Source: Minisyncoccota bacterium | GTDB lineage: Bacteria > Patescibacteriota > Minisyncoccia > UBA6257 > 2-01-FULL-56-20 | Assembly: GCA_035541435.1 (NCBI GenBank) | Contig: DATKNL010000002.1 | Location: 67,962 to 131,961 of the forward strand | Direction of reading: 5' to 3' | DNA length: 64,000 nt | In this document: positions 63,337-64,000 of the stretch, piece after piece | How the letters are laid out: each line of letters begins with the position of its first letter | Numbering within the stretch: the stretch's first letter is position 1 | The notes under the pieces: model-generated | The model's database searches: none | Told to the model about the DNA's origin: nothing | The model's input: only the letters and a program-made list of their open reading frames with translations | Translations under genes and position numbers: made by a program

Positions 63337-63954
63337 CTACCAATATCCGGGATGCGCCCGCCGATTCGAAAGGCTTCCCTTGTGCCGCGGACCGGCAAAC
63401 GTAGGGAGAAGTTTGCTTTCGATGTCGCCAAGCAGCTGATCGAATTTCGCCTGAACCAGGAACTCGATCCACTGCGCCAGCTTCGGATGAGGCTCCGTCG
63501 TCCTGACCCCGGGGATCAGCGTGATGCCGAGGTGCCCTTGGCGAGGGCATTCGTCTCCCGAGTGGATCCTGGCCTTGTCGCACGCCACCGCGACTGTCCC
63601 CAGGTTTTCGGTCGTAAGCTGATTCGCGATCCGAAGGCCGGGCAGCGCCTGTTTGATCAGCAGATGGAACAGGAGGGACGGAAGCGCCGCTGAAAGAACG
63701 TCCGGCATCAGCGCCTTGTATCCGCATCCCTCACAGGCGAATCGAGCCTGACTCCACCCGTTGTCTGAAAGCGCGAGAAGGCCCCCGCAATGCGACGAAA
63801 CCATCTCGTAGCCTGATCCTTCTTCGGATTGCTCGTAAGAAACGATGCCCCAATGGACGAGCCGAGAAAGATGGCACGCATGCCACAGAAGCCCTCGAAG
63901 CTGGTCGTCGGTGGTCGAACCGGGCAATCGCTCCAGGTCGTCCCATGAGTGCAT
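63337..63954 (-). CDS. Hypothetical Cys/His-containing protein (205 aa)
   Basis: ORF ending just upstream of a terminator. CxxC...C-x-G-C motif (CEGCGY) suggests a Zn site. No family assigned. Confidence 0.4.
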   Translation of the reverse strand: MHSWDDLERLPGSTTDDQLRGLLWHACHLSRLVHWGIVSYEQSEEGSGYEMVSSHCGGLLALSDNGWSQARFACEGCGYKALMPDVLSAALPSLLFHLLIKQALPGLRIANQLTTENLGTVAVACDKARIHSGDECPRQGHLGITLIPGVRTTEPHPKLAQWIEFLVQAKFDQLLGDIESKLLPTFAGPRHKGSLSNRRAHPGYW

Positions 63955-64000
63955 GCCATGCGTCTCCGGAAGCTGAATAACGAACGTCGGCTCGAAAATG

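Overview
High-GC bacterial chromosomal segment, dense with housekeeping genes. Minus strand carries mreBCD with a partial downstream PBP2-like gene, proS, tgt, and a ribosomal/RNAP block (infA-rpmJ-rpsM-rpsK-rpsD-rpoA-rplQ, then rplM-rpsI). alaS and the dnaG-rpoD macromolecular-synthesis pair are also on the minus strand. Plus strand carries recG, tsaD, valS, hsp20, a bL28-like gene, panD and a PadR-PspC pair. Three tRNAs are present: Glu-UUC (-), Pro-GGG (+), Gly-CCC (+). ProRS (407 aa), ValRS (708 aa) and AlaRS (627 aa) are truncated, RpoA lacks the alpha-CTD, and there are several type-IV-pilin-like surface proteins and little biosynthetic capacity. By inference only, this fits a reduced-genome Patescibacteria/CPR-like organism. 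Accessory content worth attention: (i) tandem paralogous pilin-NHL beta-propeller genes and a YHYH-domain pilin-like gene; (ii) a ~965-aa surface protein (Ser/Thr-rich region, four DUF11 repeats split by poly-Gly tracts, C-terminal peptidoglycan-binding domain) beside a putative glycosyltransferase-like gene; (iii) a lower-GC island directly after tRNA-Gly encoding a 1009-aa PEP-synthase/rifampin-phosphotransferase-like protein with two phospho-His swivel domains; (iv) a second lower-GC island (38.9-40.7 kb) with a weakly HEPN-like protein (single Rx4H match); (v) a ~40-nt repeat after both tRNA-Pro and tRNA-Gly, and a tRNA-Glu 3'-end partial duplication flanking a long hairpin (possible integration scar); (vi) a candidate structured RNA leader before a PEGA-domain gene; (vii) a panD / CofE-like ligase / CysK-like PLP-enzyme cluster; (viii) several promoters set so close to the ATG that the mRNAs would be leaderless. 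No CRISPR array and no recognizable transposase or integrase were seen.
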